Counted from the first letter of the stretch, positions 36,104 through 44,677 are shown. The stretch: DNA of 48,158 nt from Candidatus Hydrogenedentota bacterium (GCA_046540175.1 JBKHFO010000002.1:1-48158); one strand, 5' to 3'. Numbers and translations: made by a program. The notes: a model not told the origin generated them from the sequence alone.

Positions 36104-36741
36104 CGACCGTAGTCTACCACATCCTGTGGGTGATGTCAAGGGTTTTTTCAAAAAAGTTGAGGGATTGGGGAGAATTCATTGCTCATATGGTGGGGAGACC
36201 CTGCAAATGCCTTTATATTGTGGCCACACTGCATTCACCGTCCGCACGCTCAGACCATATATTGTGGTTTGCGCAATCACCTTTCCTCTCGCCATGGGCC
36301 GCTTGTATATCTCCAGACCCATCCCGCCGGCTGACTCACCCCCACGCTATTCCGCATCTCTACAGCCCGAAACTTACCGTTCAACGCGTTCCCCAATCAC
36401 CGGATAGGGATTTGCAGGAACCGTATCGCCGCCTTCCAAGCGGCTCATGGATGCCGGTGAGACGCCGGCGGTACGTGCTCACCCATTGGGTGAGGATAAC
36501 CTTTTGTTTTCGGCGCTACCAATAGGGACGGCAAGATAGATTGCGCTGAGTGATCCGGCGATTGGGGCGGGGTTCCCTTTTCTCGCCGTTGCGTGCTACG
36601 ATAGGTGTTATTGGGAAAGTGTTCAAAGCTAAACAGGGCAGTTCGTTGGGCGCTGCTTGGGCGCTCCAATCTTCATTTGGCGGAAGGGGCCCGAGAGGGG
36701 CTAAACACGGTTGAACACAAAACCGAAGGAGAACACGCACC

Positions 36742-37716
36742 ATGAGAACAAATGTAGCGCGTATCGCAACACCGTTGTTGGCGTTGGGGTTTGCCTTGGC
36801 GTCAGTGACGGCCGCTGGGCAAGAGGCGCAGTCCGTTGGCGCGTCAATGGAAGACGACCAGATTGTGGTGACAGTGGATGGAGAAGAGTTCACGGCCTAC
36901 AAGTTCGGCGAAGAACACAAGTATCCCTTCTTTTATCCCGTGAATGGGCCGGCGACCGGAGAGAGCGTGACAGCGTGGGATCAGGAGCCGTACCCGCATC
37001 ACAGTTCCCTGTACGTCAGCCTGGACTCGGTGCGCTCGGAAGGCGTGGAGCGCGGGAATTACTGGCAGCCCCGGCATGAACTGGGGACGGGCCAGGTCTT
37101 TTCGCGCAACCCGGAAATCGTCGAGGATACTGGCGATGTGGTCGTATTGCGGGATGAGTGCGATTGGATCGTGCCAGACGAGGACGCCCACCAGCTCCGC
37201 GACACGCGGACGGTCACCATCTGGGCGCCTTCGCCGGACGTGCGCATTCTGGATTTTGAATTCCAGTTTGAGGTTCTGACGGATCTCGAAGTGGGACCCA
37301 CGGGGCACTCGTTCTTCAGCGCACGGATGCGCCCCGAACTCGCGGTGGGCGATCCCGATCGAGGCCCGGATCAGGCCCCGCTGGGTACGGGGACCATCGT
37401 GGATTCCGAAGGGAACCAGGACGAGGAAGGGACGCGCGGGCGCAGTGGCGCGGCCTGGAACGCCTACTATGGCGAACATCAGGGCGAAACCGAGGGCCTG
37501 GCCATCATCCAGCACTCGGATAATCCCGGGTATCCCGCGCCGTGGTTCAACCGCAACTACGGGTTCATGTCCCCCACTCCATTCGATTTTATTGACGATC
37601 CCGTGTCGTTGGAGGAGGGGGAAATCCTAAACTTCCGCTACCGCACGGTCGTCTTCACGGGCGACCATGAAGAGGCCGGCATCGCGGGCTGGCGCGAGGA
37701 TTTTGAACAGCAATAG
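36742..37716 (+). CDS. secreted PmoA-family / DUF6807-like protein
   Basis: Signal peptide MRTNVARIATPLLALGFALASVTAAG. Motifs KYPFFYPVNGPATGESVT, PYPHHSSLYVSLD and GNYWQ are typical of the family. RBS GAAGGAGA. Confidence 0.75.
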   Translation: MRTNVARIATPLLALGFALASVTAAGQEAQSVGASMEDDQIVVTVDGEEFTAYKFGEEHKYPFFYPVNGPATGESVTAWDQEPYPHHSSLYVSLDSVRSEGVERGNYWQPRHELGTGQVFSRNPEIVEDTGDVVVLRDECDWIVPDEDAHQLRDTRTVTIWAPSPDVRILDFEFQFEVLTDLEVGPTGHSFFSARMRPELAVGDPDRGPDQAPLGTGTIVDSEGNQDEEGTRGRSGAAWNAYYGEHQGETEGLAIIQHSDNPGYPAPWFNRNYGFMSPTPFDFIDDPVSLEEGEILNFRYRTVVFTGDHEEAGIAGWREDFEQQ

Positions 37717-37769
37717 ACTGGCTGCGAGACGCCGTTGTCCACTCCGCCGCCGCGAAAACAATGGCGCCA

Positions 37770-37798
37770 TTGACTTTGGCGGCGGGGTTTGGCAGCAT
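37770..37798 (+). promoter_or_regulatory. possible sigma70-type promoter of the ZTP riboswitch-purH unit
   Basis: TTGACT (37770-37775), 17-nt spacer, CAGCAT (37793-37798). This lies ~25 nt upstream of the aptamer. Confidence 0.35.
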
Positions 37799-37822
37799 AG
37801 GCCTCGGACAAGACTGGCTACC

Positions 37823-37936
37823 GCGCCGTGACTGGCGACGCGACGTGGAATGGACCACGGGGAAGCGGCGCGGAGACGCAATGCCGCTCGCCTGGGCGCC
37901 GGAGGGAAGATACGGCCGCCCAGGCGTGTTTTTTTT
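37823..37936 (+). promoter_or_regulatory. ZTP (pfl-motif) riboswitch with terminator expression platform, upstream of purH
   Basis: P1 GCGCCG (37823-37828) / CGGCGC (37866-37871); conserved TGACTGGCGA (37829-37838); P2 GTGG/CCAC (37845-37848/37855-37858); GGGGAAG. 3' sub-domain CCGCTCGCCTGGGCG (37884-37898) carries the hallmark CGCCUGGGC pseudoknot segment. That segment overlaps the 5' arm of the terminator CCTGGGCGCCG (37891-37901) / CGGCCGCCCAGG (37913-37924) plus T8 (37929-37936). The downstream gene is an AICAR transformylase, the classic ZTP regulon member. Confidence 0.8.
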
Positions 37937-37968
37937 CCGGAAAGACGGCATTGGAAAGGTTTAGTATC

Positions 37969-39087
37969 ATGGCTGACGACGATATCAAAAAAATGTACCG
38001 CACCCGCGCCAAGGGCGATTTCCCCGACGGCTTTGAGCTGCTCGGACGGCGCTATGAAAAGGTCGAGGATCTCCGCTACGGCACCAATCCACACCAGCCC
38101 GCGGCCTTTTACCGGCCCGCGGATCGGGAAGGACTTGTGCTGGGAGACTACGAGGTCCTTAAATCAGGCAAGAGTGGTCTCTCCCAGACCAACATTGAGG
38201 ACATGCATCACGCCGTGGGGATCCTGAAGTACATGCCCACGCCGGCCTGCGCCGTTATGAAACACTGCAATCCGTCGGGCGTGGCGATGGAGGTGGACGG
38301 GATGGCGTTGGCCGAGGTGTACCGGCGGGCTCGCGACGCGGACGCCCAAGCGGCGTTTGGCAGCGTGGTGGTCTTCAATACCGAGGTGGACGCCGCCACG
38401 GCGGAGGCCATCATGGAGACCATCGTGGAAGGCGTGGCCGCCCCGGCGTTCACCGGGGAAGCCTTGGCGGCGTTGAAGGATTTCGAACGCTTCGGCCGGA
38501 ACAAGGAACTTCGCGTCATCCGCCTTCCCGAGTTCAGCCGCCTGCCCCGCTATGTGGGCGACCCCTGTGAGACGAGCGAAGTCAAGATGTTCGACGACGG
38601 CAGCCTGGTGCTGGCGAAGCCCTATCTTAGCCGGATCACGTCGCCCGAGGATTTTGAGCCCGCGTACAACGAGCACCGCAAGAAAGGCCGCATCGACATC
38701 GAGCGCCAACCCACGGAACGGGAACTCGACGACCTGCTCTTCGCGTGGTATGTGAATATCCACGTGCGGTCCAACGGCTGCGTCATCGCCCGCAACGGCC
38801 AAACGCTGGCCGTGGGCACGGGCGAGCAAGACCGCGTAGGCGCCGTGGAGCAGGCCTTGGTCAAGGCGGGTCAGAAGTATAAGGGAACGGAGTCGCTCGA
38901 AGGAGCCGTGTTGTCGTCCGATGGCTTCTTTCCTTTCCGCGACGCCGTGGACGTGGCGGTGAAAGCTGGCGTAAGGGCCTTTGTGCAACCCGGCGGAAGC
39001 GTCAACGACTACGACGCCATTCAGGCCTGCAACGAAGCCGGCGCCACCATGGTGTTCAGCCTTGAACGGTGCTTTTCGCACCACTAA
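37969..39087 (+). CDS. purH: AICAR transformylase-only PurH (no MGS-like IMP cyclohydrolase domain)
   Basis: ATG 37969 preceded by GGAAAGG. RYGTNPHQPAAFY and C-terminal SDGFFPFRDAVDVAVKAGVRAFVQPGGSVNDYDAIQACNEAGATMVFSLERCFSHH match the AICARFT half of PurH. 372 aa is too short to hold the IMPCH domain. Confidence 0.85.
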   Translation: MADDDIKKMYRTRAKGDFPDGFELLGRRYEKVEDLRYGTNPHQPAAFYRPADREGLVLGDYEVLKSGKSGLSQTNIEDMHHAVGILKYMPTPACAVMKHCNPSGVAMEVDGMALAEVYRRARDADAQAAFGSVVVFNTEVDAATAEAIMETIVEGVAAPAFTGEALAALKDFERFGRNKELRVIRLPEFSRLPRYVGDPCETSEVKMFDDGSLVLAKPYLSRITSPEDFEPAYNEHRKKGRIDIERQPTERELDDLLFAWYVNIHVRSNGCVIARNGQTLAVGTGEQDRVGAVEQALVKAGQKYKGTESLEGAVLSSDGFFPFRDAVDVAVKAGVRAFVQPGGSVNDYDAIQACNEAGATMVFSLERCFSHH

Positions 39088-39117
39088 CAAGCCGCTTAAA
39101 TGCAAGGAGGATGCGTC

Positions 39118-39996
39118 ATGAATCTAGTGCGTAGTCAATTAGGGGTGCTCTTGGCGTCGATACTCTTGGGGGCCATCCCCCTCGCGCACGGAGAGGAGGC
39201 CCCCTTCGAATTGGACGTGATGTCGTTTAACATCCGCTACGGAACGGCGGACGACGGGCCGGACAGTTGGCCCCATCGCAAGGCGATGGCGGCGGATATG
39301 ATCATTCAGTATATGCCCGACATCATCGGCATGCAGGAAGCCCTGGAGTCTCAGGCCGCTTACCTGGAAAAGACCCTTCCCGAATACCGCTGGTTCGGGA
39401 CGGGAAGGAAAGCCGATCTCACGGGAGAACAAACGGCTTTTCTTTATAACCACGAAAAGGTCCGGCCCATCACAATCGGAAACTTCTGGCTCTCGGAAAC
39501 GCCCGAGATCCCGGGGTCGCAGTCCTGGGACTCGTCGCTTCCCCGGATGGTGACCTGGGCGCGGTTCTATCATCTCGATTCGCAAGAGATGGTCACGGTG
39601 TACAACACGCACTTCGACCACCGGGGCGTGAAAGCGCGCGAGGAGAGCGCGGCGCTCATCCGCGACCGTATCGAAGAACACGCGGCGGACGAGCCCATCA
39701 TCGTGCTCGGCGACTTCAATGCGCAAGCCGAGGAAGACCGCCCCTGGCAGCTCCTGGTCGAGGGTTCGCGGATGGAAGACGCGTGGCTGATTGCAACTGA
39801 AACGGAGGGCCCAGCTGGAACTTGGGGCGGCTTCGCGCCTCCCGACCCGGATTCGCGCCGCATCGATTGGATACTTATAAGCCGCCATTTCGACGTGGCG
39901 TTTTGCGAGACCGTGCTGTACAACCAAGACGGCCGGTATCCTTCGGATCACTATCCCGTGTACGCCCGCCTGCAATGGCGTCCAGCGCAGGATTAG
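39118..39996 (+). CDS. secreted endonuclease/exonuclease/phosphatase (EEP) family protein
   Basis: Signal peptide; motifs DVMSFNIRYG, IIGMQEA, VLGDFNA and SDHYPVYARL. AAGGAGGA RBS before ATG 39118; the track start is 39100. Confidence 0.85.
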   Translation: MNLVRSQLGVLLASILLGAIPLAHGEEAPFELDVMSFNIRYGTADDGPDSWPHRKAMAADMIIQYMPDIIGMQEALESQAAYLEKTLPEYRWFGTGRKADLTGEQTAFLYNHEKVRPITIGNFWLSETPEIPGSQSWDSSLPRMVTWARFYHLDSQEMVTVYNTHFDHRGVKAREESAALIRDRIEEHAADEPIIVLGDFNAQAEEDRPWQLLVEGSRMEDAWLIATETEGPAGTWGGFAPPDPDSRRIDWILISRHFDVAFCETVLYNQDGRYPSDHYPVYARLQWRPAQD

Positions 39997-40152
39997 ATTG
40001 GTACTCGTTCCGCCTTTGAATTGTGGGTAGCCGTTATTCTTGGCGGGGAATTGGTACGGGTACTTGGAGTCCACGATACCACCAGACCTTTGTCTCGCGC
40101 GGGGGCGCCTACTCTATTGAGACCTGGTTAACGAAAGGAATGCCACGAATCC

Positions 40153-40551
40153 ATGCGGAGCATTGACGTTAAGACAAGCAAACACACCGAGTTTGTCGTG
40201 CTTGACCGCCACGTGCAGAAGGTCATCGACGAGGCCGGGTTTACCAACGGCGTGGTCCACGTCTACGTGCCTCACACCACGGCGGGCGTCACCATCAACG
40301 AGAACGCCGACCCCGACGTGGTCAAGGACATGACGCATATCCTGGACACGCTTGTCCCGTGGCGGGGCAATTACGCCCACGCCGAGGGGAATTCCGCCGC
40401 GCACGTCAAGGCGAGCCTCATGGGGTTCAGCCAGCAAGTACTGGTGCGCGAAGGCCGGCTCGCGTTCGGGACCTGGCAGTCCCTCTACTTCTGCGAGTTC
40501 GACGGGCCGCGCCAGCGCAAGGTATGGGTCAGCTTCACGGCGGAGGCCTGA
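40153..40551 (+). CDS. yjbQ: YjbQ/UPF0047 family protein (secondary thiamine-phosphate synthase-like)
   Basis: VHVYVPHTTAGVTINENADPDVVKDM and GNSAAHVKASLMG motifs; 132 aa. Confidence 0.9.
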   Translation: MRSIDVKTSKHTEFVVLDRHVQKVIDEAGFTNGVVHVYVPHTTAGVTINENADPDVVKDMTHILDTLVPWRGNYAHAEGNSAAHVKASLMGFSQQVLVREGRLAFGTWQSLYFCEFDGPRQRKVWVSFTAEA

Positions 40552-40561
40552 GGGCGCATCC

Positions 40562-41740
40562 TCACGGCTTGGCGGGGCGTCCCGTCAACCAGCGGCGGAC
40601 CTGTTCCAGCGCGATGACCGCCGTGCGCACGGCGTAGAGGGATTCGCTGGGGGGCATGCCGCTTTCCCACGCGTGCCGGCCTTCCGGGCTCAGAAAGACG
40701 CCCGCCGTGACGCCGCCCTCGTCCACGGGGGACAACGCGAGGCCGCATTCCGCGCTAAACGCTTGCCGGACCGCCTCCGCCAACGCGGCCGCGTCTTCGT
40801 GTCCCGGTGATTGGGCGGGCGCATGCCGGGGCAGCGTCCAGCCGCCCGCGAAGGAGCGGGCGTTCGCGTGGGCCAAGCGTTGCGCGAGCAGGCCGCCGGT
40901 CGCGGTCTCCGCCACCGCCAGGGACCAGCCCCTTTCTTGCAACATCCAGTCAACGGCCGATTCCAGGGTATCCTCATCCGCGCCCAGGATCAGGCCCTCC
41001 AATCGGGCGCGCAGCTCTTGCTCCACGGGCTGAACGAGCGCCGCCGCCTCGGCTTGGCTGTCCGCCTTGGCGCTGATGCGTATGCGCACGGCGTCAGGCG
41101 AGGCCAACACACCCACGGTGGGATTCGCCCCGTCCCGCATCAAATCGCCGATACGCTCATCAATGCGCGACTCCCCCACTCCGGCGACCTTGAGCACACG
41201 CGACCAGAGCACGCCCGTTACGCCGAAGCGTTCGCGAAGCCGGGGAATGACCTCGGCGTTCAACATGGCCTCGAGTTCATGAGGCACGCCGGGCATACAG
41301 ATGATCACCCCGCGCTCGTCATCCACCAGCAGTCCCGGCGCGGTTCCGTTGGGATTGGAAATGGGCCGGGCCCCGCGGGGCAGCATGGCCTGCTTCCTAT
41401 TGTTTTCGCTGACCGGGCGCTTCATGCGGGCGAAGCGCTCATGCAAGTCCTCCAACAAACCAGCATCCAGCTCCAGGGGACGATCCAAGAGATGGGCCAC
41501 GGCTTCACGGGTCACGTCGTCTTCCGTGGGTCCAAGGCCGCCCGAAGTTAGCACTACATCGGCCCGTTCCAGGGCGCGCGCCAGCGTTTCTTCAATACGG
41601 GCCTGGTTGTCTCCCACCGTGGACTTTTGGAAGAGATTCACGCCGTGGGCCGCTAACGTCCGGCCCACAAGCGCCGAGTTGCTGTCCACGATCTGCCCGA
41701 GAAGCAGCTCGGTGCCTATCATCACGATTTCCGCGCGCAT
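40562..41740 (-). CDS. cinA: CinA-family competence/damage-inducible protein (MoCF-binding plus PncC-like nicotinamide-nucleotide amidase domains)
   Basis: MRAEIVMIGTELLLGQIVDSNSALVGRTLAAHGV and TSGGLGPTEDDVTREAVA motifs; 392 aa. Confidence 0.9.
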   Translation of the reverse strand: MRAEIVMIGTELLLGQIVDSNSALVGRTLAAHGVNLFQKSTVGDNQARIEETLARALERADVVLTSGGLGPTEDDVTREAVAHLLDRPLELDAGLLEDLHERFARMKRPVSENNRKQAMLPRGARPISNPNGTAPGLLVDDERGVIICMPGVPHELEAMLNAEVIPRLRERFGVTGVLWSRVLKVAGVGESRIDERIGDLMRDGANPTVGVLASPDAVRIRISAKADSQAEAAALVQPVEQELRARLEGLILGADEDTLESAVDWMLQERGWSLAVAETATGGLLAQRLAHANARSFAGGWTLPRHAPAQSPGHEDAAALAEAVRQAFSAECGLALSPVDEGGVTAGVFLSPEGRHAWESGMPPSESLYAVRTAVIALEQVRRWLTGRPAKP

Positions 41741-42047
41741 AAAGGGGATGCTCCATGAAAGTAAGGGGTAGGGCGGTTCTTCAGTTGCGATCTAAGCCTA
41801 TCAAACGGCTCCCCAAAGGTACAGCCGCTGGCGTAATTCGCGGGCTGGGGGCGAAAACACATACTAGAAACTTCTCCGCCAAAAATGCATAATGCGGGCC
41901 GCACTTTCGCGTTCGGAACGCGCCTTCCTTGGTCATGGGCGCCGCAAAAGAATACTTCATCACCGCCTATCCATGGAACACCCGCCGGCGGCGAGAACCG
42001 CATCCTGACCCTTTGCACTAAACCGAAACATAACCGGAGAGCGATCC

Positions 42048-43247
42048 ATGTTTGAAACGCTTGACAATGCCCCTCCCGACCCTATTATGGGACTGACCGA
42101 GGCCTTTCGCCAAGATCCCAGCCCGCACAAGATCAATTTGAGTGTCGGCGTGTATCAAGACGCCAACGGCCGTACACCCATTCTGGACACGGTCAAGAAA
42201 GCAGAGCAACGCCTGATCGAGAAACAAACCAGCAAGAGCTATCTCCCCATTAATGGTTCGCCAGAGTACGCCGCCGCCGTCAAGGAGCTGGTCTTCGGAG
42301 CGGGCTCGGCCATCACGGCGGAGGACCGGGCGGTTACGGCGCAGACCCCTGGGGGGACAGGGGCCCTGCGGGTCGCGGCCGAGTTCCTTCGCCGCAAGTT
42401 CCCCGGGAGCCGAATCTGGATGAGCGATCCCACGTGGCCGAACCACCCCAAGGTGTTCGACGCGGCAGGCGTGGAAACACAGACCTATCCCTACTTTGAC
42501 GCATCCGCCAACGCGCTCGACTTCGATGGCATCCGGGATGCGCTAGCCAACGTGAAGGAGGGCGACGCCGTGTTGCTGCATGGCTGTTGCCACAATCCCA
42601 CGGGGGCCGACCTTACCCCTGCGCAATGGGACGAAGTGGGCGCAATCCTCGCCGATCGCAAGGCCATTCCGTTCGTGGACTTTGCGTATCAAGGGTTTGC
42701 CGATGGGCTGGAAGCGGACGCGGAGGGCGTGCGGGCGCTTTGCAAGCGCGCGCCCAACGCCTTGATCGCCAGCTCCTTTTCCAAGAACTTCGGTCTTTAC
42801 AACGAACGCGTGGGCGCCTTGACCATCGTGGGAAGCTCCGCGGACGCGGCGGACAAGGCCCTGAGCCACGTGAAGCAGTGCATTCGCTCGAATTACTCCA
42901 ATCCCCCCGCCCACGGCGGCGCCATCGTCACCACGATTCTGGGCAGCGCCGAACTTCGTGCGGAATGGGAAAACGAGGTGACGGCCATGCGGGAGCGCAT
43001 CATGAAAATGCGCACGCTCTTTGTGGATACCCTGCGCGACAAAGGCGCGCCGCAAGATTTTTCGTTTCTTAAGGAGCAGCGTGGCATGTTCTCTTTTTCA
43101 GGCTTGTCCAAGAGCCAGGTGGATACCCTGCGCGAGCGCTACTCGATTTATATTGTGGGGTCCGGCCGCATTAATGTCGCGGGCATTACGGAGGCCAATA
43201 TGGAGCCCCTTTGCACCGCCATCGCCGATGTGTTAAGAAGCCCATGA
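42048..43247 (+). CDS. aspC: aspartate/aromatic amino acid aminotransferase (class I)
   Basis: By eye, collinear with E. coli AspC along the whole length: MFE...APPDPIMGLTEAF, TAQTPGGTGALRV, HGCCHNPTG, SFSKNFGLYNERVGA (PLP Lys), SNPPAHG and MFSFSGL. Confidence 0.95.
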   Translation: MFETLDNAPPDPIMGLTEAFRQDPSPHKINLSVGVYQDANGRTPILDTVKKAEQRLIEKQTSKSYLPINGSPEYAAAVKELVFGAGSAITAEDRAVTAQTPGGTGALRVAAEFLRRKFPGSRIWMSDPTWPNHPKVFDAAGVETQTYPYFDASANALDFDGIRDALANVKEGDAVLLHGCCHNPTGADLTPAQWDEVGAILADRKAIPFVDFAYQGFADGLEADAEGVRALCKRAPNALIASSFSKNFGLYNERVGALTIVGSSADAADKALSHVKQCIRSNYSNPPAHGGAIVTTILGSAELRAEWENEVTAMRERIMKMRTLFVDTLRDKGAPQDFSFLKEQRGMFSFSGLSKSQVDTLRERYSIYIVGSGRINVAGITEANMEPLCTAIADVLRSP

Positions 43248-43271
43248 TTCTCTTTGCGGCGCGGCGCGGCT

Positions 43272-43325
43272 GTAATCCGCTAGTGGCGCGGCCGTAACCC
43301 GCTAGTGGCGCGGCCGTAACCCGCC
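43272..43325 (+). repeat. 22-bp tandem repeat, ~2.5 copies
   Basis: GTAATCCGCTAGTGGCGCGGCC / GTAACCCGCTAGTGGCGCGGCC / GTAACCCGCC, immediately downstream of aspC. Confidence 0.7.
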
Positions 43326-43414
43326 AAAAGAAAAAAACCGGAGCCCCGTCAGCCGCCGCATTCAGGACTGAGCGGGCGCCCGCCAGGTTACCCCCGCCGC
43401 TCCGCTCCGTGGCG

Positions 43415-43463
43415 GAAACGTAGAAACCGCCCGGCGGCCTCTTGAGGAGGGCGCCGGGCGGTA
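43415..43463 (-). terminator. intrinsic terminator of the OmpA-family gene
   Basis: 11-bp perfect stem ACCGCCCGGCG (43427-43437) / CGCCGGGCGGT (43453-43463). On the minus strand it is followed by TTCTACGTTTC. Confidence 0.6.
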
Positions 43464-43497
43464 AACGTGTGCGTGGATTGCGTGTGGGGTGGAGGCC

Positions 43498-44157
43498 CTA
43501 GTCCCCAATCTGGTAATTGAACACCACGCGGCGGTTTTGCGCCCGTTGGGCAGGCGTGTCGTTGGGCACCGCGGGTTCCTCCTCGCCATAACTCACGGTC
43601 TCAAGCCGATCGGAGTCAATCCCTTGCTCGACCATGTAGTCATGGACGCTTTCGGCGCGGCGTTCTCCCAGTCCCATGTTGTACTCCTCGGTCCCGATGT
43701 TACAGGTATGCCCTTCGATGGCCAACGTATCCTCGGGATGGGCTTCCAGTTCATCGATCACCTCTTCTATGACCTCAATGCCTTCCGGCCGCAGCTCGGA
43801 TTTATCAAAGTCAAAGAGCACATTGTCCAGAACCGGCGTGTCCCGCTCAACTTCCGGTTCCGGTGGTGGCGGCGGGTCCGGTGGTTCGGGCGGTTGGGGT
43901 TCAGGTTCGGGCTCTGGTTGCTCCCATTGGCTATACACCAAACCCTGGTTGCCCCACACTTCGTCTTCGGCCGGTTCGGGATCCTGCGGCCACCACCAAT
44001 ACCCGTCACGTGTGGCGTCGGGCTGGGGTTCGGGGGTCGCCCCCGTGTTACCCCACCACGTTAGATCGTCCCACTGGGTAGCCGATGTCTGGGCCACCGC
44101 TTGTCCGCCCATGGCGAGCAAGGCCAGCACCAGCACCCCTGCCAATACCTTTTTCAT
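43498..44157 (-). CDS. OmpA/MotB-domain peptidoglycan-associated protein with Pro/Glu-rich linker
   Basis: Signal peptide MKKVLAGVLVLALLAMGGQAVA; linker EPEPEPEPQPPEPPDPPPPPEPE. OmpA_C motifs FDFDKSELRPEG, GHTCNIGTEEYNMGLGERRAESV and NRRVVF. Confidence 0.9.
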   Translation of the reverse strand: MKKVLAGVLVLALLAMGGQAVAQTSATQWDDLTWWGNTGATPEPQPDATRDGYWWWPQDPEPAEDEVWGNQGLVYSQWEQPEPEPEPQPPEPPDPPPPPEPEVERDTPVLDNVLFDFDKSELRPEGIEVIEEVIDELEAHPEDTLAIEGHTCNIGTEEYNMGLGERRAESVHDYMVEQGIDSDRLETVSYGEEEPAVPNDTPAQRAQNRRVVFNYQIGD

Positions 44158-44505
44158 ACTGGTCTTCTCCTTCTCCGCGTCAGTTTTTGTTGCCTAAAGG
44201 GTCCACTATGTCACACTCCGTCAGGACTGACCATGCTTTGCCCGCGGCCTCCTCACCCAACTTCGCCACGCACGAACAGGTCACACAAGATCCGCGGATA
44301 TCCTTGTCGGTAGTGCCACTGGCATTCTACCATGGGTTCCGCAGGCTTTCAAGTATGTTTATAGCATATTCGCATCAACACGACAAGAAAAAGACAGCCA
44401 GCCTGAAGTACTACCATACCATAGGCGGAATCCTGACGCGAAATCTTTAGCCCCCCATAGGACCGGGACGAACCCCTTGGGCTACGGCCATGGAAGCGGC
44501 GTATA

Positions 44506-44601
44506 CCCCAGCAGCTTGGGCAAAATGATGTGGGCGCTGTTTCAAGGGCGTCAACCTGCGAGGCGCAAGTCCGGGGGGAGCATGGGCCCAAGCTGCTGGG
44601 G
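44506..44601. repeat. perfect 16-bp inverted repeat enclosing 64 nt (stem-loop or miniature palindromic element)
   Basis: CCCCAGCAGCTTGGGC (44506-44521) / GCCCAAGCTGCTGGGG (44586-44601). Confidence 0.6.
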
Positions 44602-44648
44602 GCCTATATCTTTATGTAAGCTCAAGGGGGCGCATTGCGATACGCTGG

Positions 44649-44677
44649 TTGCGCCTGTTCCGCACTGGGGGTATACT
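44649..44677 (+). promoter_or_regulatory. putative sigma70-type promoter for the 44732 oxidoreductase gene
   Basis: TTGCGC (44649-44654), 17-nt spacer, TATACT (44672-44677); ~55 nt upstream of the ATG. Confidence 0.4.

Noticed and set aside
36214-36267. The TATATTGTGG direct repeats as NrdR boxes.
   Set aside because: The sites are only half-palindromic. Their spacing of 44 bp does not match the ~31-32 bp NrdR arrangement, and no nrd gene is downstream.
36418-36446. Group II intron domain V-like string on the minus strand (GAGCCG...GAUACGGUUC).
   Set aside because: The middle is too short to form the DV upper helix and bulge. A competing simple hairpin (GCCGC/GCGGC) explains the complementarity, and no intron-encoded protein or other intron domains are present.
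36090-36525. Plus-strand ORFs of 105 and 131 aa in the ORF-poor region.
   Set aside because: They have no RBS, overlap each other in different frames, and show Pro/Ser/Arg-rich composition with no motifs. I treat the region as non-coding pending tblastx.
36558-36741. ykkC/guanidine-I-like strings (GGGGTTCCC ... GGCCCGAGAG ... ACACGG ... AAAACCGAAGGAGA) upstream of the DUF6807 gene.
   Set aside because: The spacing between blocks is far too long. The key ACGG(C/A)GGGA and GCCCGGGAGA segments are mismatched, and the GGAGA is simply the RBS. The downstream gene is not a guanidine-related function.
43272-43325. A CRISPR-like array.
   Set aside because: The 22-bp units are directly abutting with no spacers. 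Only 2.5 copies are present, and there are no cas genes.
44555-44601. SRP (4.5S) RNA-like string GTCCGGGGGGAGCATGGGCC.
   Set aside because: The tetraloop would be GGGG rather than GNRA. The motif sits at the edge rather than the apex of the 16-bp-stem hairpin, and the 5'-side conserved loop is not matched.
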